Below, piece after piece: positions 1-11,176 of a stretch of 64,000 nt of DNA; positions within the stretch are counted from its first letter, which is position 1; every line of letters begins with the position of its first letter. The stretch comes from Octopus bimaculoides (taxonomy: Eukaryota). The DNA is taken from NCBI RefSeq assembly GCF_001194135.2, contig NC_068988.1, positions 11,572,163 through 11,636,162 of the forward strand, read 5' to 3'. The notes beneath the pieces are model-generated. The model had not been told where the DNA came from. It searched no databases and saw nothing but the letters and a program-made list of their open reading frames with translations. The position numbers and the translations under genes are program-made.

Positions 1-861
1 AAATTAGATGGAGGTAGGTTTTATTGCCGCTTTATAACTAGAGATACATAAAAATATCGACATTTAGTTCCATTGTTTGCGGCAAATTGTCTATTTGGTC
101 GCTAAATTCCAAGTTCTAATCGTTTTGATAATCATGTTGTCTACAATCAAGACGCCTCTCACGTTTCTATAAACGTACGTTTGTAATCTACCACCAATAT
201 ATATTAGATTTTTTTTCCTTAACTTTGGCCCAAAGCTCACATGTTTTGGGAACGAGACATGATCAATTCTATCAAACTCAGTTGAATTCTAAGAGATATT
301 TTATCGCTCTATATATCATAAATTGGAACACGTTTGCCTCCACCGAATTTTTACTAAGAATAATGATGGATGATCTACAGCATTTACTTGTGTGTTAGTT
401 GCAATCATGTATAAACTGCACCCATAATTTCGTCTTAAATTTCGGTATAAAATGCTTTCCCTTCGTAAGCCGTATCACTAAGTGATGTTAAGTCTCTGTA
501 TTAAATGTTTTCCCTTTATAGTTTTAGATTTAGTTTCACCCTGTGTGTAATTTACACCCCGTTTTTTTTTTTTTCAATTACCATCAAATCTAAAATAGCG
601 TATATACAGACCTATACACAAATCGTCTTGTTCAGATGTCTAACGTTTTTGCTCGTCGATCGCTGGTCAATGTTCTTATATGTTATATATAACACTGGCT
701 CAAGACGTTTCGTTGCAAAAATAATCTTTGGTAGAAGCGCAACGAATCTCCTATATATTACTCTCTTGCTATGAATAGCAATTGTTTTTAAGAGGTGCTC
801 ACTGTCTGCTGATAATTTAGGGACTGGGTTTGTCAATACCATTCTTTCAGATACTTCATTG

Positions 862-1247
862 TTGTTGGCACTCCGTCGCTTACGACGTCGAGGGTTCCAG
901 TTGATCCGATCAATGGAACAGCCTGCTCGTGAAATTAACGTGCAAGTGGCTGAGCACTCCACAGACACGTGTACCCCTTAACGTAGTTCTCGGGGATATT
1001 CAGCGTGACACAGTGTGACAAGGCTGACTCTTTGAATTACAGACACAACAGAAACAGGAAGTTAGAGTGAGAGAAAGTTGTGATGGAAGAGTACAGCAGG
1101 GTTCACCATCATCCCCTACCGGAGCCTCGTGGAGCTTTAGGTGTTTTCGCTCAATAAACACTCACAACGCCCGGTCTGGGAATCGAAACCGCGATCCTAT
1201 GACCGCGAGTCCGCTGCCGTAACCACTGGGCCATTGCGCCTCCACGG
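862..1247 (-). mobile_element. tRNA-headed SINE, family C, full length with 10-bp target-site duplication
   Basis: Minus strand starts GTGGAGGCGCAATGGCCCAGTGG (A box) and GGTTTCGATTCC (B box) and ends GACGGAGTGCCAACAA. TACTTCATTG is duplicated at 852-861 and 1248-1257. Close homologues at 10416-10740 and 52387-52769. Confidence 0.9.
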
Positions 1248-1257
1248 TACTTCATTG

Positions 1258-1700
1258 GCACCTTATTTATCGACACCAGTGAGATTAATGACAAGGTGGG
1301 CTACTGAAGTATTTCAACGCAGAACGTGAAAAAACAGCGAACAAACACGGCGGAAAATTTTATCTGACGTTACAACGATTCCGGTAATCCATCTACCTCG
1401 ATGCATCCCTATGACTGAGTATCTCTGATTTAGGCCCAGAACCAGCTGTTTTGAAATGGAGGGAACTAGTCAAATGCCATCAATCCCACCACTTGACTGG
1501 TAGTTTTGTGTATCGGCCCTGGTGTGACTTGAATTCAGAATATGAAGACTCGGATCAAATACAGCAAAGCATTTTTTCCGACATTCTAAGGACTCTACAA
1601 TCTCTTCATATTAAATGATTTCTAATCTACCAACATGACCAGAAATTTTGAAAGGTAGGGATTAACCGATGCCATCGATCCCGGTGTTTCACTGCTATTT
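1258..1700 (-). mobile_element. Cluster of degenerate family-B SINE fragments
   Basis: Eroded matches to family-B motifs (TTTATCGAC, GAATTCAGAA, ACTGGTA, CATCGATCCC). Confidence 0.55.
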
Positions 1701-1864
1701 AATTTTTTTAACCCCCTAGGGGATAGCAAATGAATATACTTTGATGGAAATTGGACACGGAATTAAAGATCCCAAACAAATAACGTCAGATATTTTATTC
1801 CAAAATTTAACGTGTTTAACAAACATTCGCAATCTCGTGCTAATAATAATGATAATTATTTTTA

Positions 1865-2068
1865 ATTTTTGCCAGAAGGGCAGCCTGGGAGAAGTGGGGT
1901 TCAGTCGATTACACCAACCCCAGAGTTCAACTGGTACGTATTTTATCGACCCGAAAGGATGAAAGGCAAAGTTGACCTCGACGCAATTTGATCTCAAAAC
2001 GTGAAGACGAATTTAATACCGCAAATTATTTCACCCGGCATGCTAATGATTTTAGCAGCTGGCCGCCT
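1865..2068 (-). mobile_element. SINE family B (Meta/MESC-like central domain)
   Basis: ACTGGTACGTATTTTATCGACCCGAAAGGATGAAAGGCAAAGTTGACCTCG is the reverse complement of the family-B core; the head GGCGGCCAGCTG is at the right end. Confidence 0.85.
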
Positions 2069-2139
2069 AAATTATATCTGATGATATAATACTAAATACA
2101 CTTAATATTGCAGTATATATATATATTGTTCAAATTTAG

Positions 2140-2295
2140 AGAAAGAAAGACCCAGACAGGTGAAGGAATAACAAGCAGGATTATTGGTTTAATGCTCAGA
2201 AAGAATGAAAAACTCTTTCACATTTCGAGCGTATGCTCTTCGACAGAAAGGATTAAGAGGAAGAAAAACGGAGAGAAACTGAGAAAAAACTTTAC
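2140..2295 (-). mobile_element. Penelope-like repeat remnant with hammerhead-like motif at 2215-2251
   Basis: Homologous to 29990-30125 (ACAGGTG...ACAAGCAGG...TTTCGAGC...GCTCTTCGACAGAAAG). Minus strand reads CUUU-CUGUCGA-A-GAGC-AUAC-GCUC-GAAA. Confidence 0.55.
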
Positions 2296-2384
2296 GTAAG
2301 TTCATATATATCATAGATAGATATATATATATAGAGAGAGAGAGAGAGAGGGAGAGAGAGAGAGAGAGATAGANNNNNNNNNNN

Positions 2385-2434
<50 letters not shown>

Positions 2435-2812
2435 GCATATATGTGTATGTTTGTAAATACTGCATAAGAATTTTATGAACGTACGTATGTTATTACATTA
2501 ACATTCATTTATACAGCACGTGAAAGTTTCCTTTTGCACCTTCCAATTCTGTTTTGTCTTTGTTGTTTTTTTTTTACTTCTATTTTCCAACAAACGTCAC
2601 CTATAAATCAAAGAACCAGCTTGCTCAAAGACTTTTCAAAGATTAAGAAATGGAAAAAATGCCTCCCACATGAAATAATAAATGTAAATTCCCAAATTTT
2701 TATCTCACAAGTTTTAGCGAGAAATATACTAGTCATTGATGCAATCGACTTAAATAATGAATTCAGAATATATTTCTCTCCAAAAATGTTCTTTGATATT
2801 ATGCATGTTTAA

Positions 2813-2813
2813 G

Positions 2814-2868
<55 letters not shown>

Positions 2869-3034
2869 GCACATTTCTAGATTAGTGATTAAGTAGGTAA
2901 GTAGGTAAGTAGATAGATACGTCAATAGATAGATAGATAATACATACATAGACAGACTAACAGACAGACAGCCAAGCAGACAAACAGACAAACAGACAGC
3001 TAGCTAGCTAGCTAGATAGATAGATAGATAGATG

Positions 3035-3116
<82 letters not shown>

Positions 3117-3743
3117 CACNNNNNNNNNNNNNNNNNNNNNNNNNNNNNNNNNNNNNNNNNNNNNNNNNNNNNNNNNNNNNNNNNNNNNNNNNNNNNNNNN
3201 NNNNNNNNNNNNNNNNNNNNNNNNNNNNNNNNNNNNNNNNNNNNNNNNNNNNNNNNNNNNNNNNNNNNNNNNNNNNNNNNNNNNNNNNNNNNNNNNNNNN
3301 NNNNNNNNNNNNNNNNNNNNNNNNNNNNNNNNNNNNNNNNNNNNNNNNNNNNNNNNNNNNNNNNNNNNNNNNNNNNNNNNNNNNNNNNNNNNNNNNNNNN
3401 NNNNNNNNNNNNNNNNNNNNNNNNNNNNNNNNNNNNNNNNNNNNNNNNNNNNGATTATGTAGGCAGGTAGGTAGGTAGATAGATAGATACGTTAAATAGA
3501 TAGATACATACATACATAGACAGACAAAAAGACAGACAGACAGCCAAACAGACAGAGAAACAGACAGCCAGATAGATAAATATATAGATAGATAAATATA
3601 TAGATAGATAAATATATAGATAGATAAATAGATAGATAAGCACACTTCTATATTAGTGATTAGGTTGGTAGGCAGGCAGGTAGAGATATAGATACGTTAA
3701 TAGATAGATAGATAGATACATACATACATACATACATATATGC

Positions 3744-3780
<37 letters not shown>

Positions 3781-3790
3781 TAAACACATT
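2813..3790. repeat. Compound (TAGA)n/(CAGA)n/(TAGG)n array with higher-order units, interrupted by a gap
   Basis: Tetranucleotide arrays; the spacers GATAAGCACA..TAGTGATTA and GATACGT(T/C)AATAG recur. Confidence 0.9.
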
Positions 3791-3817
3791 AGGTTAGTGG
3801 GTAGGTAAGTAAATAAC

Positions 3818-4225
3818 TTTCTTTATTGGTCACTCAGGCTGAACACAGAGGGGACAAATAGAAATGTAGAGCTTTTCTTTTCGAAAATGAAAAAAAAAAA
3901 GTGAAAAATAAGAAAAAAAGTAAAATTCCGATCAAAATCGATCGGAAAAAAAAATCAAAAGTGATTGTGTATCACAGAAGAGTTTTAAAAATGTAAAAAG
4001 TAAGATTAGGTTTAACCGTGGAAAGAAAAGCCTACGAAAAAACCATGGTAACCTCAGGCATGGAGGGAATAAATACATGAAAGCTAAGTGCTCTCTCGCT
4101 CTCTTTTCGATTTACCGGATCATGCTCAAAGTGGTTTCGTCGCGCACGCACCATCTTTGCTACATTCACCCACCGTTTTTTGAAACTTTCACGAGACAAA
4201 ACCTTCCTCTCCATTCTTACCTTAA
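3818..4225 (-). mobile_element. 3' end of an L1/Tx1-clade LINE (ORF2 C-terminus, 3' UTR, AATAAA-containing tail)
   Basis: Minus frame reads KVRMERKVLSRESFKKRWVNVAKMVR, followed by a T-rich UTR ending TTTGTCCCCTCTGTGTTCAGCCTGAGTGACCAATAAAGAAA. The clade call is recalled and supported by the adjacent zf-RVT fragment. Confidence 0.7.
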
Positions 4226-4277
4226 ATGACTATCTAGCTATTTATCTATGTATCCTATTCTCTTATTCATAAGTTGC

Positions 4278-4912
4278 GTTGCGATGGTCAGGCGATCCGT
4301 TTGCTGCCAGCACCCATTAAAAGGAGAGTTGGGCAGGCCGTGGTTGATGATGCGCAGATACGCGCTGAGAGTGCGAAATCTCCGGCTCTACGTAGACGAC
4401 GGTGAACAGGTGTGGTAACCGTTTGTGAGGCGCGCTTTCCCGCAGCTCATCTCCATGACCGAACTGAAGTCGTGGGTCAAGAAGAGGCCGAGTAAGGGCG
4501 AATGGCACCGCGAGTGTCACGTTGCTCTCCGGCAACTCCAACACCCCGGGTCAACCTTGAGCGACTGCATCACAACTAATGCATTCTATAGCGGATTAGT
4601 GGAGGGCAGGTACGACGACGATCTCGAAGCGAATCTGGGCGTCGACGAGGAATACGTGACCCGCCTGTTCAAGACGACTTTCGGGTCGGGGCCTATGGAC
4701 AACTTCCAGAGATCCCCGGTCTAGCAGTGTTATCGAGAAGCGCTACCCTTTGGGATAAGCTCTACAGGCATGGCTCGAGAAACACGGGTCCGACCTGCCC
4801 GAGATGCGGGCAGAGCGACGAAACCGTTCTGCACGCACTCGTACAGTGTCCAACCATTTCCGACCTGTGGGCCTATGTCGAACGACTGCTATCGCGTGTG
4901 GGACGAGTCAGT
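4278..4912 (+). pseudogene. Decayed L1/Tx1-clade LINE ORF2 C-terminal region with zf-RVT CCHC knuckle
   Basis: GC-rich. Reads VAMVRRSVCCQHPLKGELGRPWL...VW*PFVRRAFPQL...DNFQRSPV*QCYREALP, then a 1-bp frameshift, then WDKLYRHG...CPRCGQSDETVLHALVQCPTISDLWAYVERLL. Two in-frame stops and one frameshift. Confidence 0.88.
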
Positions 4913-5726
4913 TTTTATAAGGGTTCAAATGAATGTTAGGTAACAACAGTACGATTATGTAACGCTGCACTCTTCCGAGATAGCCGTTGTGAAATGAAAT
5001 ATGGCTACTGTTCTCTAATATTGGAGGTAAATAGACACATCCGGTTTGTGTTTGCTGTGAAAAAGGAGATGAAACGAATCGAGGAGTGGATTAAGTTAAG
5101 GATTATGTCATTTGTGATTTTGTTAAGCCGGACACATATTTCACTGAGTTCTAATTGCCAAAGTGTCAAAGCCACACTGTACAGCGAAACAAATCCCTCA
5201 TAATATTAGTAACCAAAATTCTCCTAGGGCTACTGCTTGTTTGTCGTACAATGTGTTGAGAGAAGCTCTGTACCTAAAAGGGTACGAACACCGTATCTTA
5301 CCCACTTTTCTCTCTTCATTTCTCTGTCGTCGCCTTCAACATATATTGTCTTTAGGAAAAGTGAAATAAAACCGATATGAACCACAATAAAACAAGATTT
5401 ATCTTTATCACCGAACTGAGTTTTCGGGATCACTTATTTATTGTTGGTTTTTTTTTGTGGCTTTCTTATTCAATAATGCTATGTAAAGTGTTTTTAAAAT
5501 GATTGATTTCAAGTAGTGAATGACACAAAGTTATAAAGAGATGACCTTTACATTATTGCTTCAATACCGCTACAATACCGAAGTTGTAGAGGAATTTCGA
5601 ATTTACCTGGTAGTTGTTTTAATATGAAATGACATTTTGATCACACGCGTAGTCATTCATAACCAGATACATACACATACACACATATTCATATATACAG
5701 ATATTTATATTGATACACACACACAG

Positions 5727-5774
<48 letters not shown>

Positions 5775-6400
5775 ATATATATATNNNNNNNNNNNNNNNN
5801 NNNNNNNNNNNNNNNNNNNNNNNNNNNNNNNNNNNNNNNNNNNNNNNNNNNNNNNNNNNNNNNNNNNNNNNNNNNNNNNNNNNNNNNNNNNNNNNNNNNN
5901 NNNNNNNNNNNNNNNNNNNNNNNNNNNNNNNNNNNNNNNNNNNNNNNNNNNNNNNNNNNNNNNNNNNNNNNNNNNNNNNNNNNNNNNNNNNNNNNNNNNN
6001 NNNNNNNNNNNNNNNNNNNNNNNNNNNNNNNNNNNNNNNNNNNNNNNNNNNNNNNNNNNNNNNNNNNNNNNNNNNNNNNNNNNNNNNNNNNNNNNNNNNN
6101 NNNNNNNNNNNNNNNNNNNNNNNNNNNNNNNNNNNNNNNNNNNNNNNNNNNNNNNNNNNNNNNNNNNNNNNNNNNNNNNNNNNNNNNNNNNNNNNNNNNN
6201 NNNNNNNNNNNNNNNNNNNNNNNNNNNNNNNNNNNNNNNNNNNNNNNNNNNNNNNNNNNNNNNNNNNNNNNNNNNNNNNNNNNNNNNNNNNNNNNNNNNN
6301 NNNNNNNNNNNNNNNNNNNNNNNNNNNNNNNNNNNNNNNNNNNNNNNNNNNNNNNNNNNNNNNNNNNNNNNNNNNNNNATATATATACATATATATATTC

Positions 6401-6443
<43 letters not shown>

Positions 6444-6940
6444 TGTGTGCGTGTGTGTGTGGGCGTGCGTGTGTGTGCGTGTTTATCTACGAGAATACGA
6501 GTATATGTGTATGTGTGTATTTGTGTGTGCGCGTATGTGTGTGTGTGTGTGCGCGCGTGGGTGTTTGTTTGTATTACTATACGGATATTCGATTATTTCA
6601 TTCGTGCTACTGTCAACACTGAAGCATGCTATTTACGACAAGCTCTTAATGGCATCATGTCACATTGATTAAACACATACATCACGACGAATGTAAAGCG
6701 CCTACACCTACGTCATACAGTGACAATAGCCACCATATACATGCACTAACACGCACATACACACAAACACTGACACATCAACAATATAGTCACATATACA
6801 CGCACAATTCATTCATTACAAACGCATATCGTTCATTAGAGAGCACGTACTAATGTCGTCCATCAGACCACGAATCCCAAACGTCAAATATATTCAAAGC
6901 CTGAGACGTTGAGTAATATTGCTCATCTTTAATATCTTAC

Positions 6941-7155
6941 TTGGTTACAATCATTTGAGTGCAACCACGCTAAGGCACCACCTTGAAGGGTATTCACCCG
7001 AACAAATCTACCCAGGACTTATTTTTTCTTAAATCCTGGTACTTGTTTCATATATCAATGTTAGCGAGCCGCTAAGTTATGTGAAGGTAAACACACCAAC
7101 ATCGGTTGTCAAGCCGTCGCGGGGGACAAACACAGACACAAAGACACACACACAG
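6941..7155 (-). mobile_element. SINE family A, 3' half
   Basis: GCTAAGTT...GTAAACACACCAACATCGGTTGTCAAGC...GACAAACACAGACAC is the reverse complement of the family-A 3' half. Confidence 0.8.
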
Positions 7156-7454
7156 ATTTATACATATACATACATATATGTGTTTGTATGTGTGTGTGTG
7201 TGTGTAAATTTCATCCAAGGGTTATTGTTAATATTACTAGAAACTCACACATTCACACATATATGTACATATATATAGTGAAAAATACTGTATGTGGTTA
7301 GACGATCTAAGGTCTATTTTTCAGCATATTGGCATAGAAAATTTTCTTTCTTTTGCTCTTGTTTATAATTCTTTATAATTTTCACCTTGAAATGCATTTT
7401 AATATGCCGGCCACTGGTAACATTTGTTTGAAAAACTTTATCCTTATATTAGAA

Positions 7455-7506
<52 letters not shown>

Positions 7507-7748
7507 TATATGAGAGTATGTAAATATACATGTGTGTGAGTGAGTGCAAGTGTGAGTGAGTGCGAGTGTGAGTGAGTGCGAGTGTGAGTGAGTGAGTGAG
7601 TGCGCGCCTGCGCACTTAAAAAGAGATGAAGTATCCTACTCGAGGCCTATGGACTCATATAGGCCCTTTTCCAAGTTTTCGTGGCATACATATTTCTGTG
7701 AATGTGTGTGTGCGCGCGTGTGTGCGTATGCATGTATATATTTATATA

Positions 7749-8123
7749 GGCGTGGCTATGTGGTAAGAAGTTTGCTTCCTAACCACATGGTTCTGGGTTC
7801 AGTCCCACTGCGTGGCTCCTTGGTCAAGTGTCTTCTACTATAGCATCGGGCCAACCAAACCCTTGTGAGTAGATTTGGTAGACGGAAACTGAAAGAAGCT
7901 TGTATACATATATATATATTTGCGTGTGACTGTGTTTGTCCGTACCATCATCGCCTGACAACAGATGCTGGTGTGTTTACGTTCCCATAAACTAGCTGCT
8001 CGGCAAAAGAGATCGATAGAAGAAGTATTAGTTTTAAAATAATAAGTCCCGGGGTCGATGTCTTCGAAAAAAAAAAGCAGCGCTCCAGCATGGCGGTACT
8101 CAAACGACTGAAGCAAGTAAAAT
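7749..8123 (+). mobile_element. SINE family A (tRNA head, CORE-like block, internal microsatellite, 3' module), full length
   Basis: GGCGTGGCTATGTGG (A box), GGGTTCAGTCCC (B box), CTTGGTCAAGTGTC (CORE-like), (TA)n near 7905, and 3' end GCTCCAGCATGG..GACTGAAGCAAGTAAAA. Probably related to the described octopus OR-type CORE SINEs; family assignment unverified. Confidence 0.9.
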
Positions 8124-8171
8124 AATATATTTACGCCCCTTGACTAGACTCACAGTTGCCGGTTGGTTGTG

Positions 8172-8288
8172 CTGGTGCAACGTGAAATGAAGTATTTTGC
8201 TCAAGAATACAACACGTACTCCGTCCAAGAATCGAAACCACATTCTTACGATGTTGAGTCCAATACCCTAATCATCAGACCACACGCT
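8172..8288 (-). mobile_element. SINE family E, 5' part
   Basis: GCAACGTGAAATGAAGTATTTTGCTCAAGAA...GAATCGAAACCAC...CCCTAATCA; homologous to 50432-50632. Confidence 0.75.
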
Positions 8289-8929
8289 TACACAATACGC
8301 GCGTGGAAGTGTGTGTGTACTAAAACCCTCCGATACTAAAGATTTTGTAGAGAGTTAACTAAAAGTTCAAAGCGAGTGATATTCTCCAAAGAATGACTTT
8401 TTAATTAAGATCAAAATGTTTCTCTTCGATGTTGCTTCTTCAGAATGGCTGTCTTCCAAGTTTGGAGTAATTTAGTTTCCCTGGTACTTAGCCAAAGTTT
8501 CCAGAGATGTGACTTAGCTGTTTGTTTGTCACTTTCAATTCTAATCGTCAATGGACAAAATATAATTCTCGATAATAAATCGCAGTTACATTAGAACGAT
8601 GTAGCTTTGCTGTTTATACACAGAATTCAAATAGAGAAAAATACAACATATTAATAAACATTTTTGAGAATTAGTTTTCATCTCACATAGTTTGGCATCA
8701 CCTTTGCTTCCATCGTTAATTACCATGTATTTACACAAGGAAAGAATTACTTCAATTTCAAATGTAAATATGGCGATTTTCTTTCTAATGAAGTATTTCG
8801 AGCTGAGAAAGAAGACTTCAGAATAGCTGTAAAAGTTAAATGATTGCCTGGATGGTTTAAGTTGTCAAGTCACGTTTCTCTTCAGTTCAAAATCCTCTGA
8901 AGTGGCATTTACATAGAAGCCTTTTCGTA

Positions 8930-8975
8930 GTCGCTTGAAATACTAGAAATAGCAGCTAAATGTCTCTCAAACCAT
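8930..8975 (+). repeat. Short dispersed repeat module (GAAATAGCAGCCAAATCTCCCTCAAAT-like); other copies near 18045, 22165(-), 25865(-), 27680, 57130(-), 59180(-)
   Basis: The same degenerate 30-45-nt motif is visible at seven positions; probably the tail of an old retroposon. Confidence 0.55.
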
Positions 8976-9239
8976 AATTTTCATATATAAAATAGACATG
9001 ATTGTTGTTCATCGCGTCTCGTTTTAGATGTGTATATAAATGATTCTGGATAACGTCTTCTTAACCAGACCCAAGATCAACGGAGTGGTCTTGTCTGGAT
9101 ACTTTCCTAAATGAAAGAGTCGAGATCTTTGATTGTCATGTCTATTACGGTGTTGTCTATGATTAGATCTGACCAATACATACTGGACCAGACTCTAATC
9201 AAACAGGTTGGTCATAGTTGGATATTGTCATAGATGCAA

Positions 9240-9400
9240 GCGTAAGTGTATGGATCAGAAGCCTGCTTCCTTATCATGTGGTTTTGGGTTCAATTCCACT
9301 ACACGTGGGTGACATCTACTACGACCCCGGGAAGGCGAAAATCTTAAAGACCATCGTACATATATATGTGTAAGCGTGTGTTTGTGTGCGTGTGCGCGCA

Positions 9401-9446
<46 letters not shown>

Positions 9447-9698
9447 AGCGTGTGTGTGTCTGTGCTGTGTTATATCTGTGTCTTTGAGTCTGTATTGTCT
9501 TCCATGCCACCGTTTGACAGCCGGTCGTTGTTTATTTGCTTCTCCGTAACAGCGTTTCGGCAGAAAAGAACACTAAAATAAAACGCTAGGCTTTAAAGAA
9601 TTAAGATCTGAGTTTGTGGAGGAGTGCCATTTGTTCCACTATAACTCTTCGAGGCATCGCCCCAGCATGGCCGCAGCCAATAACTGAAACAAGTAAAC
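9240..9698 (+). mobile_element. Degenerate SINE family A with expanded internal (TG)n
   Basis: Head GGGTTCAATTCCACT, (TG)n at about 9370-9470, and 3' end CCCAGCATGGCCGCAG..ACTGAAACAAGTAAA. Confidence 0.7.
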
Positions 9699-10415
9699 GA
9701 TAAACAATAAGTAAAACAGCGAAAACTGAAGACTGCCCCGTCTTTTGAGATGCAGTTTATGATTGCACTGGGACAGCGGATTCTTGACCAGTCCCGAAAT
9801 AAAACAAAATGTTCAATTAAAACTGGCCAATCGCTAAACGATATTAACAAGAACGTTTGTTTACTATGGTAAACAAACAATTTTAGTCATGAAGTGAATT
9901 TGTGTTAATCAACAAAATTTTCTTTATGTAAACAAAAAAATATTAAACAAATTATAACAAGATTTTGTTGCAAATTCATATTTAAACTTCTTCCGTCGTT
10001 GTCTCAATAGCAATTTCACAGGCTTGTGTAATTTTTCACTTGGTAATTCTCGTCTCTTCTTTTATATACTCGTTCGCAAATATAATTATAGTCTTCAGAG
10101 ATAAATATTTTAAAATAATTCTTTTAAAAAAATTCATGAAATTTTCATTATATTTTATTTCATTTTATTTATTTGTATATTTTTGCTATAATTCGAATGA
10201 ACCAACGTTGGTAATTTGCTTTAATAAAATATAATTTCGTTAATGGTCACATGGTAGTTATCTGCTGAGATATTTTAATTGAATTAGAAATTCTTTTTAT
10301 GCCTGCCTTAGTCTTCATATCTACTCAACATGATATCGCTTTTGATTAACCCTAATTCTGCGCTTATCGAGCACTTCTAAGATTACAAACCACTCCAACG
10401 TTCACTGTATACTGA

Positions 10416-10740
10416 GTTGGCACTCCGTCGGTTACGACGACGAGGGGTCCAGTTGATCCGATCAACGGAACAGCCTGCTCGTGAAATTAACGTGCAAGTG
10501 GCTGAGCACTCCACAGACACGTGTACCCTTAACGTAGTTCTCGGGGGAGATTCAGCGTGACACAGAGTGTGACAAGGCTGGCCCTTTGAAATACAGGCAC
10601 AACAGAAACAGGAAGAAAGAGTGAGAGAAAGGGTACAGCAGGGTTCAAGACCATCCCCTGCCGGAGCCTCGTGGGGCTTTAGGTGTTTTCGCTCAATAAA
10701 CACTCACAACGCCCGGTCTGAGAATCGAAACCGCGATCCT
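10416..10740 (-). mobile_element. SINE family C, 5' end lost in the gap
   Basis: Near-identical to 862-1200 over about 320 bp. Confidence 0.92.
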
Positions 10741-10782
10741 NNNNNNNNNNNNNNNNNNNNNNNNNNNNNNNNNNNNNNNNNN

Positions 10783-11008
10783 TGTGTGTGTGTGTGTGTT
10801 TGTGTGTCTGCGTTTGTCCCTCCAACATCGCTTGACAACCGATGCTGGTGTGCTTACGTTCCCGTAACTTAGCAGTACGGCAAAAGAGACCGATAGAATA
10901 AGTACTAGGCTTACATAGAATAATTCCTGGGGTCGATTTGCTCGACTAAAGGCGGTACTCCAGCATGGCCATAGTCAAATAACTGAAACAAGTAAAAGAG
11001 TAAAAGAG
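10783..11008 (+). mobile_element. SINE family A, 3' half
   Basis: CATCGCTTGACAACCGATGCTGGTGTG...GATAGAATAAGTACTAGG...GGGGTCGATTTGCTCGACTAAAGGCGG...GAAACAAGTAAAAGAG. Confidence 0.9.
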
Positions 11009-11014
11009 TATATG

Positions 11015-11176
11015 ACCGGCTTCTTTCAGTTTCCGCCTACCAAATCCACTCGTAACGTTTTGGTCGGCCCGAGGCTAAGGTAGAAGATACTTGCCCAAGG
11101 TGCCATGCAGTAGGACTGAACCTAGAACCACGTGGTTGTTAAAGAAGCTCCTTACCACACAGCCATGCCTGCGCCT
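11015..11176 (-). mobile_element. SINE family A, 5' half
   Basis: GGCTTCTTTCAGTTTCCG...ACTTGCCCAAGG...GGACTGAACC...TTACCACACAGCCATGCCTGCGCCT. Confidence 0.9.

Noticed and set aside
612-968. 118-aa ORF and its twin at 10383-10703
   Set aside because: The shared peptide comes from SINE family C sequence; it is not a protein family.
862-1247. tRNA-like heads (A and B boxes) as real tRNA genes
   Set aside because: All continue into SINE bodies and I could not fold a complete cloverleaf.
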